Source: Squalus acanthias (taxonomy: Eukaryota). Taken from it: a DNA stretch of 64,000 nt. A program made the position numbers and the translations under genes. The DNA lies in contig CM059437.1 of NCBI GenBank assembly GCA_030390025.1, forward strand, positions 94,054,001 to 94,118,000, in the 5' to 3' direction. The notes below the pieces were generated by a model. It was not told the origin of the DNA, did not search any database, and saw only the letters and a program-made list of their open reading frames with translations. Below are positions 39,171 to 51,075 of this stretch, piece after piece (position 1 is the first letter of the stretch; each line of letters opens with the position of its first letter).

Positions 39171-39496
39171 AATGATGAAACTCAGTTGGGGTTTAAAGAT
39201 GCAGAGAGAGAAAAATGTATTTCTTTCAATGGGCTTTATGCATTCATACCAACCTGCAAAACTAACTAAAGCTGACTAACAGCTTCAAAAAAGTGATACA
39301 GTCCCTGCAAAGCTGACAACTCAACAACAGCCCTTATCATAAGTCGTTGCACAGACTTTGTAACTTGTAGGTTTAGCCTACTGGTATTGAAGTTTTAAAA
39401 AGTCATTAATAAAAGGAAAAACAAAGTTTCGTTTGGATTTTTAATAGACCGACTAAACCATCACTTCCCCAAAGTCAACTCAACAGTTAATCTTCA

Positions 39497-39950
39497 TGTC
39501 AGCTGTGGCTCAGTGGGTAGCCCGTCTCGCCTCTGAGTCAGAAGGTTGTGGGTTCGTAGTCCCACTCCAAGAGACTTGAGCATAAAAAATCTAGGTTGAC
39601 ACTCCAGTGCAGTGCTGAGGGAGTGCTGCACTGTCAGAGGTGCCGTCTTTTGGTTGAGACGTTAAACCGAGGCCCTGTGTGCTCCCTCCAGTGGACATAA
39701 AAGATCCCATGGCACTATTTCGAAGAAGAGCAGGGGAGTTCTCCCCGGTGTCCTGGCCAATATTTATCACTAAAAACAGATTATCTGGACATTATCACAT
39801 TGCTGTTTGTGGGAGCTTGCTGTGCGCAAATTGGCTGCCATGTTTCCTACATTACAACAGTGAATACACTTCAAAAGTACTTAATTGGCGTAAAGTGCTT
39901 TGGGACATCCTGAGGTTGTGAAAGGCGCTATAGAAATGCAAGTCTATCTT
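39497..39950 (+). mobile_element. DeuSINE, near full length
   Basis: tRNA head (A/B boxes), GAGGTGCCGTCTTT..GAGACGTTAAACCGAGG Deu domain, GGCGCTATAGAAATGCAAGTCT tail. Confidence 0.9.
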
Positions 39951-40619
39951 CTGGGCCCTTTCTGTTTGTTTCCACACTTTCTGTCATTTCTCTTTCTCGC
40001 CAAGTGTCTCCCACACATTTTCTTTCATTGAATGACTTTCTTTGTCTCTGCCTTTTTCTCTCTTTGTCTCTGCCTCCTTCTATGAGTTAGAGGTGTTGAT
40101 CCTGCTGCCTAGGGCCACGTACACCCCCAATCCCTGGTAATTCAATCCTAGTTGTTCTTTTCTTATTTGCTGGTTCCTCCAGTTTGAATTTTACGGGTCT
40201 GCTGGCCTGGAAATGGCTTTTAGCACTTTGAATAAATCCTGAATCAGAACAGCCAGATCTGTTAGCATTACAAAATAATTACAGATGAGGAAGGCCATTC
40301 AGCCCATCTTAATTCATCCATCCAGTGGGATCCTAATGCTCTCCCCCGCACCCCCACCTCCCCGTAACATCCAATTGCTCTTAAATGATTGCAGGGATTT
40401 TGCCTCTGGAAGTTTTCCCACACGTTGATCACTCTAGTTGTGAATAACAATTTCCTGATAGTTATCCTAAAAGTACCTTTTATTGGTTTGAACTGGGTCT
40501 ACATCCACAGTTTAATTTAAAGTAACATTCTGCATTAAAGAGCAGGATGTGGATACCCCGAGAGCACAAAGCACAGCTTTGAAGCCAAAGTCAACCCTGG
40601 GACCCCTGATAGAGATTTA

Positions 40620-40930
40620 ATGTGATAATGACCAGATCATCTGTTTTAGTGATGTTGGTTGAGGGATAAACGTTGGCCCAGGAGACCGGGGAGAACTCCC
40701 CCTGCTCTTATTCAAAATACCAGAATGGCATCTTTTACATTCACCTGAGAGAGCAGACGGGGCCTCAGTTTAATGTCTCATCCTAAAGACGGCATCTCCG
40801 ACAGTGCAACACTCCCTCAGCACTGCCCTGGAGTGTCAGCCTAGATTTTTGTGCTCATGTCTCCAGGAGTGGGTTGTGAACCCACAACCTTCTTGACTCA
40901 AGAGGTGAGAGCGCTACCCACTGAGCCACG
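40620..40930 (-). mobile_element. DeuSINE, 5' two-thirds
   Basis: Reverse complement of the same head and Deu domain. Confidence 0.85.
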
Positions 40931-42047
40931 AAACACACACACAGTTACATAGAGATATTTTTGGAAAAAGTTAGATGGAGTGCTTAACCCATTAATTCAT
41001 CCCACTGAAATTTATTTCTGCAATGTTAGAACTTTGATTTCAATAGCTTTGAAATTATTGTCTCCTTTTTGCTCATTTAATCTATCTCAGTGAATTTTTC
41101 TCAGTTATCCTGTGCTTGAGTCTATCAGACTAGGTATTCACTGGTGTAAAGGACCTCACGCACAGCATGAGAAGCATTGATTTGATTCCTCTCTCCATAT
41201 TAAAGCTCACTCTGTGTCCTGAACCTCCACAAGAGCTCCCCTCCAAGTCACACACCATCCTGACTTGGAAGTATATCGGCTGTTCCTTCATCGTCACTGG
41301 GTCAAAATCCTGGAACTCCCTCCGTAACAGCACTGTGGGAGCACCTTCACCACACAGACTGCAGCGGTTCAAGAAGGCGGCTCACCACCACCTTCTCAAG
41401 GGCAATTACGGACAGGCAATAAATGCCGGCCTTGCCAGCGACGCCCACATCCCGTGAATGAATTAAAAAAAGATAGTTACTTCACAAGGAAGTACGTCAC
41501 TGAGACTCACCTTTACTTGCTTATCTGCCTTTCCTCCAGCAGTGGGCGCTGATTAATCTCTCAGAACTGCCAGATGGTCCCATGATATAAACTGGTAAAA
41601 TGCTGGGAGAGGGAATAAGAACATAAGAATTAGGAGCAGGAGTAGGCCATACAGCCCCTCGAGCCTGCTCGGCCATTCAATAAGATCATGGCTGATCTTC
41701 GACCTCACTTTCCCGCCCGATCTCCATATCCCTTGATTCCCCTTAGTGTCCAAAAATCTATTGGTCTCAGCGTGAATATACTCGACAAATATCAACCAGG
41801 ATTTACAATCCTGATTTCTCTACCAGTGACTCTGTGCTAGAAAGTATGCATGTCTGGACCTTGGGTGGAGATGGGATGAGGCTCACTTTTGGCACCCCTC
41901 CACAGCTGTCAAGACATTTGACTCACACATAAAGAACAGTCACTTGGCTGAGGTGTTGGAGAGCTGCCTGCAGCCATCGAACGTCAGCCCAGCACAAGTC
42001 TGCACATTCGAGAGAGGAGGAGAGAAAACCAGAATGTTAAAAAGGAA

Positions 42048-42470
42048 AATATTTGCATTTATATTTAGCTCATTTCACAACCTCAGGATGTACCAAAGCG
42101 CTTTACAGCCAATGAAGTAAATTTTTTTTTGAAGTGTAGTCACCGTTGTAATGTAGGAAATGCGGCAGCCAACTTGCGCACAGCAAGGTCCCACAAACAG
42201 CAACGTGATAATGACCCTAGTGACGTTAGTTGAGCGATGAATATGGCCAGGACACTGGGGATAACTCCCCTGCTCTTCTTCGAAATAGTGTCATGGGATC
42301 ATTTAAGTCCACCTGAGAGGGCAGATGGGACATTGATTTAATGTTTCATCGAGAAGACGGCACCTCCGACGGTGCAGCACTCCCTCGGTACTGCACTGGG
42401 AGTGTCGGGCTAAATTTCGTGCTCCAAGTCTCTGGAGTGTGGCTTGAACCCCCGACCTTCTGCCTCAGAG
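42048..42470 (-). mobile_element. DeuSINE
   Basis: Same family, reverse orientation. Confidence 0.88.
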
Positions 42471-42571
42471 TAAAAAGATTTTGGGTCAGATTCTCCTGTT
42501 GTTGCTCTTAGGCATATTGGACCACCTGGGAGCAGCACATCGAGGAAAAGCCGACGGGGTACATCTTACAA

Positions 42572-43300
42572 CATCAACAACAACTTGCATTTATATAGCG
42601 CCTTTAATGTAGTAAAATGTCCCAAAGCGCTTCACAGGAATGTTATCAAACAAAATTTGACACTGAGCCACATAAAGAGATACTAAGACAGTGAGAGGTA
42701 GGTTTTAACGAACGTCTTAAAGGAGGTTTAGGGAGGGAATTCCAGAGCTTAGGTCCCAGGCTGTTGAAGGCACGGCCACCAATGGTGGAGCGATTAAAAT
42801 CGGGGATGCACAAAAGGCCAGAATTGGAGAAGCGCAGAGATCTCAGAGGGTTGTAGGGCTGGAGGAGGTTACAGAGATAGGGAGGGATGAGGCCACGGAA
42901 GGATTTAAAAACAAGGATGAGAATTTTAAAATCAAGGCGTTGCTGGACCGGGAGCCAATGTAGGTCAGTGAGCACAGGGGTGATGGGTGAACGGGATTTA
43001 CATAAGAACATAAGAAATAGGAGCAGGAGTAGGCCATTCGGCCCCTCGAGCCTGCTCCGCCATTCAATAAGATCATGGCTGATCTTCTACCTCAACTCCA
43101 TTTTCCTGCACTATCCCCATATCCCTTGATTCCTTTAATATCCAAAAATCTATCGATCTCTGTCTTGAATATACTCAACGACTTTGGTGCGAGTTAGGAT
43201 ACGGACAGCAGAATTTTGGATGAGCTCAAGTTTATGGAGGGTGCAAGGTGGGAGGCCAACCAGGAGAGCGTTGGAATAGTCGAGTCCAGAGGTAACGCCA
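42572..43300 (-). mobile_element. L2 LINE 3' part with a nested CR1 tail (~43000-43182)
   Basis: ITPVLTDLHWLPVQQRLDFKIL..GGRAF..GPKLWNSLP (L2 C-terminus); (GTT)n tail; the ACATAAGAACATAAG CR1 insert splits GGGACTT|GGTGCGAG. Confidence 0.9.
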
Positions 43301-43494
43301 GTAATGGACCTCAGTCAGGCACAATAACAGGACAATCAGCCAGCGTCTCTTAGCGGCTGGTTTCAGAATTAAATGAGCAGCGCCCTGGAAGCAGGCAGAC
43401 ATTAGAAAGGGTAAATACTTTCAAACTAAAAATATAACAATGAGAGCACTGTATTTTGAATTGATTATTTCCTATCATTTTCATATCATATCAG

Positions 43495-43895
43495 AGACCT
43501 GAGCACAAAAATCTGGGCTGACACTCCAGTGCCAGTGCTGAGGGAGTGCTGCACTGTCGGAGGTGCCGTCTTTCGGATGAGACGTTGAACCGAGGCCCCG
43601 TCTGCTCTCTCAGGCGGATGTAAAAGATCCCACGGCACTATTTCGAGGAAGAGCAGGGGAGTTATCCCCGGTGCCCTGGGCCAATATTTATCCCTCAATC
43701 AACATCACAAACACAGATTATCTGGTCATTATCACTTTGCTGTTTGTGGGAGCTTGCTGTGCGCAAATTGGCTGCCACGTTTCCTACATTACAACAGTGA
43801 TTACACTTCAAAAAGTACTTCATTGGCTGTAAAGCACTTTGGGACGTCTGGTGGTTGTGAACGGTGTATATAAATGCAAGTCTTTCTTTCTTTTT
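43495..43895 (+). mobile_element. DeuSINE (5'-truncated)
   Basis: Deu domain and TATAAATGCAAGTCTTTCTTT tail. Confidence 0.9.
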
Positions 43896-44663
43896 CAGAT
43901 TTACTAACGGACATTAAATTGCTGTGTTGACAAGTGGCTAAGCTCTCTGAATGTACCCAGTGCCTGTGGAACTATGCCACAGCACCTTCCTCCTGCCTCT
44001 GATGTATGTTTAATAATCTTGTCCTTCTTCCCTCTCCTCGCAGACTCACACTGCAGTACACTCAAAGAGACATCAGACCCATTAAAGCCTGGCCCACTGT
44101 CCCGCCGGCTCCAGGGAGTGGCAGCCTCTTTGGGAGCTCACCACAGTGGCTGTTCATCGCGACAGTTAAAACTTCATTTGCGAAATTTGAGAAAGTATAG
44201 AATATTTATTAGTTGTGGAGCAGATTCAAGGGATGTTAGTGGTGAAAAAGGACTAAATAAAACCAAAGGAAAAGACATTTCAGTAAAAACAAAGTACCGC
44301 TATGTGAGGGAATTAACTCGACAAACTCCATTGTTTAGTAAAATTGATACGTGATCAACAGAGAATGGGAGATAATGAGATCTAAAGTAATTACTGTGTG
44401 CTGGGGGAAGGTGAAATCAGAAAGAAATGGTCAGATCTAATCAGTTGGATGAGATTTTGCCTCTCCCAGGAGAGTATACAGTTGTGGGGTGGTTGGGGGG
44501 GCGTGGCGGTAGGATGTGTCTAGTCATGATGCTCCAGCCATTATGAGTGAGGGCAGGATTGATAGACCAGCCTGCCTGTCATTTTCGGATGTTTGTAAAA
44601 GAAAGAAGGGAACCAGTTTTAGACAGAGGAATTGAAAGTCTTTTGCATTTTAGTGAAAAAGAA

Positions 44664-45108
44664 AAAAGAAAGATTTGCATTTATATAGCGCCGTTCACAA
44701 CCACCGGACGTCTCAAAGCGCTTTACAGTCAATTAAGTACTTCATTTGAAGTGCAGTCACTGTTGTAATGCAGGAAACGCGGCAGCCAATTTGCGCACTG
44801 CAAGCTTCCACAAACAGCAATGTGATAATGACCAGATAATCTGTTTTAGTGATGTTGATTGAGGGATAAATATTGGCCAGGACACTGGGGATAACTCCCT
44901 TGCTCTTCTTCGAAATAGTGACGTGGGATCTTTTACGTCCACCTGAGAGAGCAGACGGGTCCTCGGTTTAACATCTCATCCGAAAGACGGCACCTCCGAC
45001 AGTGCAGCGCTCCCTCAGCACTGCACTGGAGTGTCAGCCTGGATTTCTGTGCTCAAGACTCTTCCGACCCAGAGGCAAGGGTGCTACCAACTGAGCCATG
45101 GCTGACAC
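44664..45108 (-). mobile_element. DeuSINE, near full length
   Basis: Same family, reverse orientation. Confidence 0.9.
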
Positions 45109-45767
45109 AGTGAGCTGGCTGTACCTGGTATAGCAGTAAAAAGAGAAGAGAAAATGCTGGAAATACTCAGCAGGTCAGGCAGCATCTGTGGAGAGAGAAA
45201 CAGAGTTAACGTTTCAGGTCGATGATCTTTCGTCATGGTGGTATGACCTGGTATAGGAGTGTTGGATACTGAAGGGAAAGATGTGACATATCAGTAAAGG
45301 GAGCTGAACTCCAGTGTCCAAAGTGCTCTGAGTGATGGCTGTTCCTCACGTGAGTTTGGGCTATCCGTGTTAGCAGACTGTGGGGTCATCACAGCCGAGG
45401 TCAGTCCTGTCCTTGCGTCATATCCACAGACCTGGACTTTCAACTGGGTTACTTAGATATTAATGATCAGGAGTGCAAACTCTTGCTGATTTTGGCCTTC
45501 TGGAGCCCTGGGAAACTGAGGCGAACTGTAACACCCCAATGAGTTTGGAGCATTTAATGACAAGATCTGATTTTGTCTCAGAATTTATAGTGCAGGTGTG
45601 GAGAATTGTTTGTGAAACAACTAGTCTGGAAGTAGTTTATGCATCAGCAATTTAGTCCCAGGTTTGAACTGTACTTATTTATTTGTCTGATCACACTGCT
45701 GTGAAGCGCCTCGGGGCACTTTACTACATTAAAAGCGCTATATTAATGCAAGGTTTTGTTGTTTTAA

Positions 45768-46235
45768 GTGCCAGCCATGGCTCAGTGGCCAGCGCTCTCA
45801 CCGCTGAGTCAGAAGGTTGTGGGTTCAAGTCCCACTCCAGAGACTTGAGTACAAGAAACTAGGCTGACACTCCAGTGGGTTACTGAGGGAGTGCTGCACT
45901 GTCGGAGGTGCCGTCTTTCGGATGAGATGTTAAACCGAGGCCCTGTCTGCTCTTTCAGGTGGACGTAATAGATCCAGTGGCACTAATGCGCAGAAGAGCA
46001 GGGGAGTTATCCCTGGTGTCCTGGCCAATATTTATCCCTCAATCAACATAACTAAAACCAGATTATCTGGTCATTGTCACATTGCCTTTTTTGGGAGCTT
46101 GCTGTGCGCAAACTGGCTGCCGCATTTCCTACATTACAACAGTGACTGCATTTCAAAAAGTACTTCATTGGCTGTAAAACGCTTTGGGACATCCGGTGGT
46201 CATGAAAGCTGCTGTGGAAATGCAAGTCTGTCTTT
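45768..46235 (+). mobile_element. DeuSINE, full length
   Basis: TGGCTCAGTGG A box, GGTTCAAGTCC B box, Deu domain and tail. Confidence 0.9.
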
Positions 46236-46465
46236 GTTTTCTTTACAGTTTGTGGGTCCCACAATACCGACTCCCTCTCCCCTCCCCAGACAATGTAACA
46301 AAGGCAGTGATACCAAGGTCAGGCCACTGTGGCAGATTGCAAACACACATTGCATTTTTGAAGACAGAGAAATGTTACATTCATCACAACAACAGGAGAA
46401 ATAACTGTCCCTGGAAATACAAAGTGGGGGTGCAAAGCAACAAAGTGATCTGCAGTGAAGGTGAC

Positions 46466-46830
46466 TGACCTTCAACCTAAACAGGACTTCCACTATTTGA
46501 AGGGGCTGCTCCTCGATTTTTGGCTGCACTTCAGTCCCCATGCTCCTGATCTTTGGTCACCCGGTGTGGCGGGGGGAGCGGGCAGATCGGGGAGACCTCC
46601 TCATGGGACTGCTCCTGGGCCTGGCCAAAGTGGCCATCAACTGGTCCAGGCAGCGGGCGGTCGAGGGGGGTCGTTCGGCCCGACTGCCTGCCTCTCTTCC
46701 ACGGCCACGTTCGCGCCCGGGTGGCCCTGGAGACGGAGCTTGCGGAGCACACGGAGCACGCTCGAGGCCTTCCGCCACCGGTGGGCACCGCAGGGACTGG
46801 AGTGCATCATCACCCCGGACAAACAAATTT
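46466..46830 (+). mobile_element. L1/Tx1-clade LINE 3' fragment
   Basis: Frameshifted peptide FHYLKGLLLDFWLHFSP-LLIFGHP..LLLGLAKVAI..SRQ..AFR.RWAPQG, resembling a Tx1 ORF2 C-terminus. Confidence 0.7.
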
Positions 46831-47089
46831 TAATTTAATTTAATAGCAAAATACTGCGAATGCTGGAAATCTGAAATAACAACAGAAAATTTTCTGTTGT
46901 TATTTTTAATTTAATTTGTTAAGTTTCATTTGATGTATTTGTGTTAAGTCACAGCTTTTGTTGATCGCACCAAAAACAGCTTAAACCTAAACAGGCCTTT
47001 CAAGGGGGCGGGAGGGGTGGGGACCACCACCACCACCACCACCTTGCTTTGTTTTGGCAATGTCAAGCAGATTGTTGCCGTTTTAAGAA

Positions 47090-47265
47090 AAGCCTTGTCG
47101 GACGCGCGCCTCCCAGGCGTGTGCATGTGTGTGCGTGCGCGCCCCCTTCCTGGCCGGAGCGCGCCTCAGCTCTTGCCCCATCTGCACAGACACATACACA
47201 CACACACACACAGGTGAATGAAGTGGCGGCGCTGAGCAGCGACCGGGCTCAGTGGCTCCGCGACC
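47090..47265 (+). promoter_or_regulatory. CpG-rich promoter/5'UTR of the CUB gene, with a (CA)n microsatellite and a 5-codon uORF (47218-47235, MKWRR*)
   Basis: CpG/GC-rich stretch directly upstream of the Kozak ATG; CA repeat at ~47190-47212. Confidence 0.6.
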
Positions 47266-47361
47266 ATGGCGGAGAGCTGGCCGGGCAAGCTGCTGCTGCC
47301 GATCCTCGCCACTTTGGTGACAACTTGTAGCATCTGGAGTGCGGAGGCTGCGACCCGCAGG
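47266..47361 (+). CDS. Exon 1 (signal peptide MAESWPGKLLLPILATLVTTCSIWSAEA|ATRR) of an unnamed CUB-domain type-I membrane protein
   Basis: Strong Kozak GCGACCATGG within a CpG island; hydrophobic core plus an A-x-A cleavage motif; donor AGG|GTAGGT (phase 0) fits the phase-0 acceptor at 59822. Confidence 0.8.
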
Positions 47362-48762
47362 GTAGGTGGCAACAACAACAACAAAAAAGCTTTAGCGAAA
47401 ACTGTAACTGGAAACACACACATTAATCAAAAAAGATGCACATTTTGAACGCGGCTGCAGAGCAGTTTAAACCGAGTGCATTGTGCAAAAGAAGGTGCTT
47501 GTGTCACACCGTTCACACTGCAAACGGGTCACAATGCACAATCTTTGCATTTTGTGATTTTTTTTTTTGCATTATTGACTGTTCATCCAAAAACAAAACA
47601 TTTTTGCAAAGTTTGATCTGCATTTTGGGGGGGGGAAGCATTGTTTGAGCAATTGCAAAATAAAACAAAATTCAGTTCGTTATTGTAATCTATTTACAGT
47701 AAAACAAAGTTTGTGTGTTAAACAATCGTGCACCTGGGAACATATATATTTAGCTCTGAGAGGGGAAAATGGTTAAAAGATCTGCACATAGGTCCGGGTT
47801 TATTATTGATCGAATCACTCGACTCGGTTATATTTTTAAAAAATAAATCTGTATGAGACCCCAACTCATAATTTCCATTTAGTCTTAAAAATTAGAGGGT
47901 TTTTTTTTGGCTTTTAAATAACAATTTTTTTTCTCCCTGAAAAAAAAGTTAGCCCTAATATCCAGCCCATCCACAACCAGGAACCGGGAAAGGTTTTAAT
48001 TATTGCCACAGTTTGGACTGTGCACAACATCTGTAAGCTGTGAGTCTGAGAGCCCAGACTGACTGTAGTCCGTGACTGTGTTTATAATGACTGGTTCACG
48101 GGAGGACAATGAAATGCACACTGGGCTGTGAAATGCCCAGCACCGGGGGCTCATTTCCAGGGCAGGAGAGGGCTGATTCTCTGAGCTGTAAAGGTGTTGT
48201 GTACATTTGCCAGTCCCGCTTTTTAAAAAAAAATAAATGAAGCTTTTGTAACGCGTTTTAAAACACGAACAGGAGGGGGAACAGCATATCAAATGACCCA
48301 ATTTTAATGGCTCGCTTTGCTTGTTCGTTTTTTTTAACCATCTAAACCTCCTCCTCTGCAATTATCTGCCTGAAGGGGCTGTGATAAATGTTGCCTTTGT
48401 CTCAGTAACATTGAGATTCTGGGTTAGTGTCCTCGGCCCATGGGATCCGAGGGTTGGTGTTTTTGTTGCGTTCATCCACCCTCCTTGCAGCCTGTTCCTC
48501 CCGTGTTAAATCCGCTAGCATGCTGGACACGTGGAGATGTTGACATGACGGGGGAATTGATGCCATCAACATCAACATAAACTGCGGCTGTGGCGACAGG
48601 CTGGCCAATGGACCTCTCCCCTCCCTCCCACCCCGGCTCAAAGAGCCATCCCAGCACTATTGTTTTTCAAGAGCTGATCTCATTAAAAAGTGGAAACGTT
48701 AATCTGTTCAGGGACTGAGTTTAAACGTGTCTTAAGACATTTCCATAACCTTGTCTATTTAT

Positions 48763-48929
48763 GATGTGGAGATGCCGGCGTTGGACTGGGGTGGACAAAA
48801 ATGAGAAGTCGCACAACACCAGGTTATAGTCCAACAGATTTATTTAAAATTAAATTAAATTAAATTAAAGTAAAATTAAATAAATCTGTTGGACTATAAC
48901 CTGGTGTTGTGCGACTTCTCATTTTTGTC
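48763..48929. repeat. Perfect 54-bp inverted repeat in a probable Penelope-like terminal fragment
   Basis: Arms 48794-48847 and 48876-48929 are exact reverse complements around a 28-nt AT-rich loop; 12-bp flanking direct repeat TTGTCTATTTAT. Confidence 0.85.
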
Positions 48930-49269
48930 TATTTATAAACAGTATTTCTGAGAGTGTAGCTGAGAAAAGTGCACTGTAGAGAATATATGGAAGATTCCTT
49001 TCCAATTCTTGTTTTAAACCGCTTTTTTTGATGTTCCGAAAAGCTGTTTCCAAATGGATACAATCACAAGTCATGTAAATTTAGCGGGAGCCGAAACAAG
49101 TATAATTAACCCTTGCAACGCCGCTGAATGATCTCTTATAGGGAGTTATCGTGCTCCTGGTAACTTCTAAAGTAATAGGACTACTTTAGGTAATTGGCAG
49201 CAGAGGGAGGGGGGGGGGAAGAGGCGGAGATTTAAAAAAAAAAAATTTTTTATTGGAGATTTTTTTTGA

Positions 49270-49490
49270 ATGTAGCAGCGAGTTGTGATCTGGAATGCGC
49301 TGCCTGAAAGGACGGTGGAAGCAGATTCAGTAGTAACTTTCAAAAGGGAATTGGATAAATACTTGAAAAAGAAAAAATTGCAGGGCGATGGGGAAAGAGC
49401 AGGGGGAGTGGGACTAATTGGAGAGCTCTTTCAAAGAGCCGGCACAGGCATGGTGGGCCGAATGGTCTCCTGTGCTGAAGGATTCTAATA
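49270..49490 (+). mobile_element. CR1 3' fragment
   Basis: IWNALPERTVEADS..FKRELDKYL. Confidence 0.85.
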
Positions 49491-49659
49491 GGACTAAGGG
49501 ACTCAGGAAAATTTACAAGAACATGTCAAAGAATTTTTAAAAATTAGAAAAAAATCTTGAATAGAAGGTGGTTAGAAATTACAATTCTCAATCGCAAGCC
49601 ATTGTGGAAACAGTGTCTTAAAAGAGAATTGGATAGTTGCGTGTAAAAACAAGAATATT

Positions 49660-50222
49660 AAAAGTAAAGCAAAATACCGCAGACGCTGGAAATCTGAAAT
49701 AAAAACAGAAAATGCTGGAAACACTCAGCAGGCCAGGCAGCATCTGTGGAGAGAGAAACAGAGTTAACGTTTCAGGTCGATGACCCTTCGTCAAAACTGG
49801 AAAAAGTTGGAGGTGTAACAGGTTTTGAGCAAGTACAGAGGCAGGAAAAGGGGGGAGGGGAGGAAAGAACAAAAGGGAAGGTCTGTGATAGGGTGGAAGG
49901 CAGGAGAGATTAAATGACGAAAGGGATGATGGTGCGAGGTGAAAGGGGGTGGTAATGGGACATGTAAAAAAACAAAAGATTAGTCTAGAGGAGGTGTAAA
50001 TGGCAACACCAGAATCATTACCAGCGCCTGCTGTCTGGAAAAAATGGGAGCTGTGGTTGTGATCTGAAATTGTTGAACTCGATGTTGAGGCCGGAAGGTT
50101 GTAAAGTGCCGAATCAAAAGATGAGGTGCTGTTCCTCGAGCTTCCGTTGAGCTTCATTGGAACAGTGTGGGAGGCCGAGGACGGAGAGTTCGGAGTGGGA
50201 CAGAGAATTAAAATGACAGGCG
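49660..50222 (-). mobile_element. Penelope-like element 3' fragment (GIY-YIG C-terminus + terminal repeat); terminal pieces also at 45146-45236 and 46842-46905
   Basis: Minus-strand frame reads ACHFNS..LSVLGL.HCSNEAQRKLEEQHLIF*FGTLQPSGLNIEF, a PLE-type endonuclease end, followed by a hammerhead-like motif. Confidence 0.85.
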
Positions 50223-50656
50223 AAAATGACATGATAGTAAAAGCTCAGGAGAGTGGGTTCAGATTAGGGTGCTTGTGGAGACAAACACTGTGCAGACTTT
50301 GAACAAAATGGAGTGTTTCTTTGTCTGTCTCTACAGTGTGGACCCTCCTAGCTTTCCAGTCAACTAGAGGCCGAGTTTGATATTAATCCCACTTCCAAAA
50401 TGGCTGAAGGGCCCAAAGGCTCAAGCAAGCAAGTGAGCGAGAGCATAAAATAATTAGTAAAGCTTAAAAAATATTACAAATAATATTTTAAAGAATGGGA
50501 GGGGAATGAAGATAGTTTGAGTGGTTTAAGACTTTTCATTTAAAAGTGTATATTTTAGTTGTACAAGGTTAAAATTGCAGCAACCTGTCAGCAGCTATTT
50601 ACAAAAAAGTTTCAGAAATCAAACATTAATGAAGTTAGCAATTCGAAACAGTGAAT

Positions 50657-51075
50657 CAACAACAACAACTTGCATTTATATAGCCCCTTTAACGTAGTAA
50701 AACATCCCAAGGCACTTCACAGGAGCGATTATCAAACAAAATTTGACATCGAGCCACATAAGGAGATATTAGGGCAGATGGTAGTTAAGGGAATGGAAAA
50801 AGTGAACCCAGAATATTACTTTAAATTAAAGTTGCAGGAGTAGAACCAGAGGACACGGATTCAAACTAGTAAACGGTAATTTTAAACTCTCCACCTCTTT
50901 TTCCTCCTTTAAGACGCTCCTTAAAACCTTCCTCTTTGAGCAAGCTTTTGGCCACCTGTCCTAATATCTCATGTGGCTCGGTGTCAAATTTTGTGTGTTG
51001 ACGCTCCTGTGAAGCACCTTGGGACGTTTTACTATGTTAAAGGTGCTGTATAAATACAAGTTGTTGTGGTTGTTG
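50657..51075. mobile_element. Two L2 3' tails in opposite orientation (50657-50780 -, 50885-51075 +)
   Basis: TGTGAAGCACCTTGGGACGTTTTACTA..TAAATACAAGTTGTTG tail. Confidence 0.8.

Noticed and set aside
39497-39570. tRNA genes suggested by A/B boxes
   Set aside because: All such heads continue into SINE bodies, so they are tRNA-derived SINE heads rather than tRNA genes.
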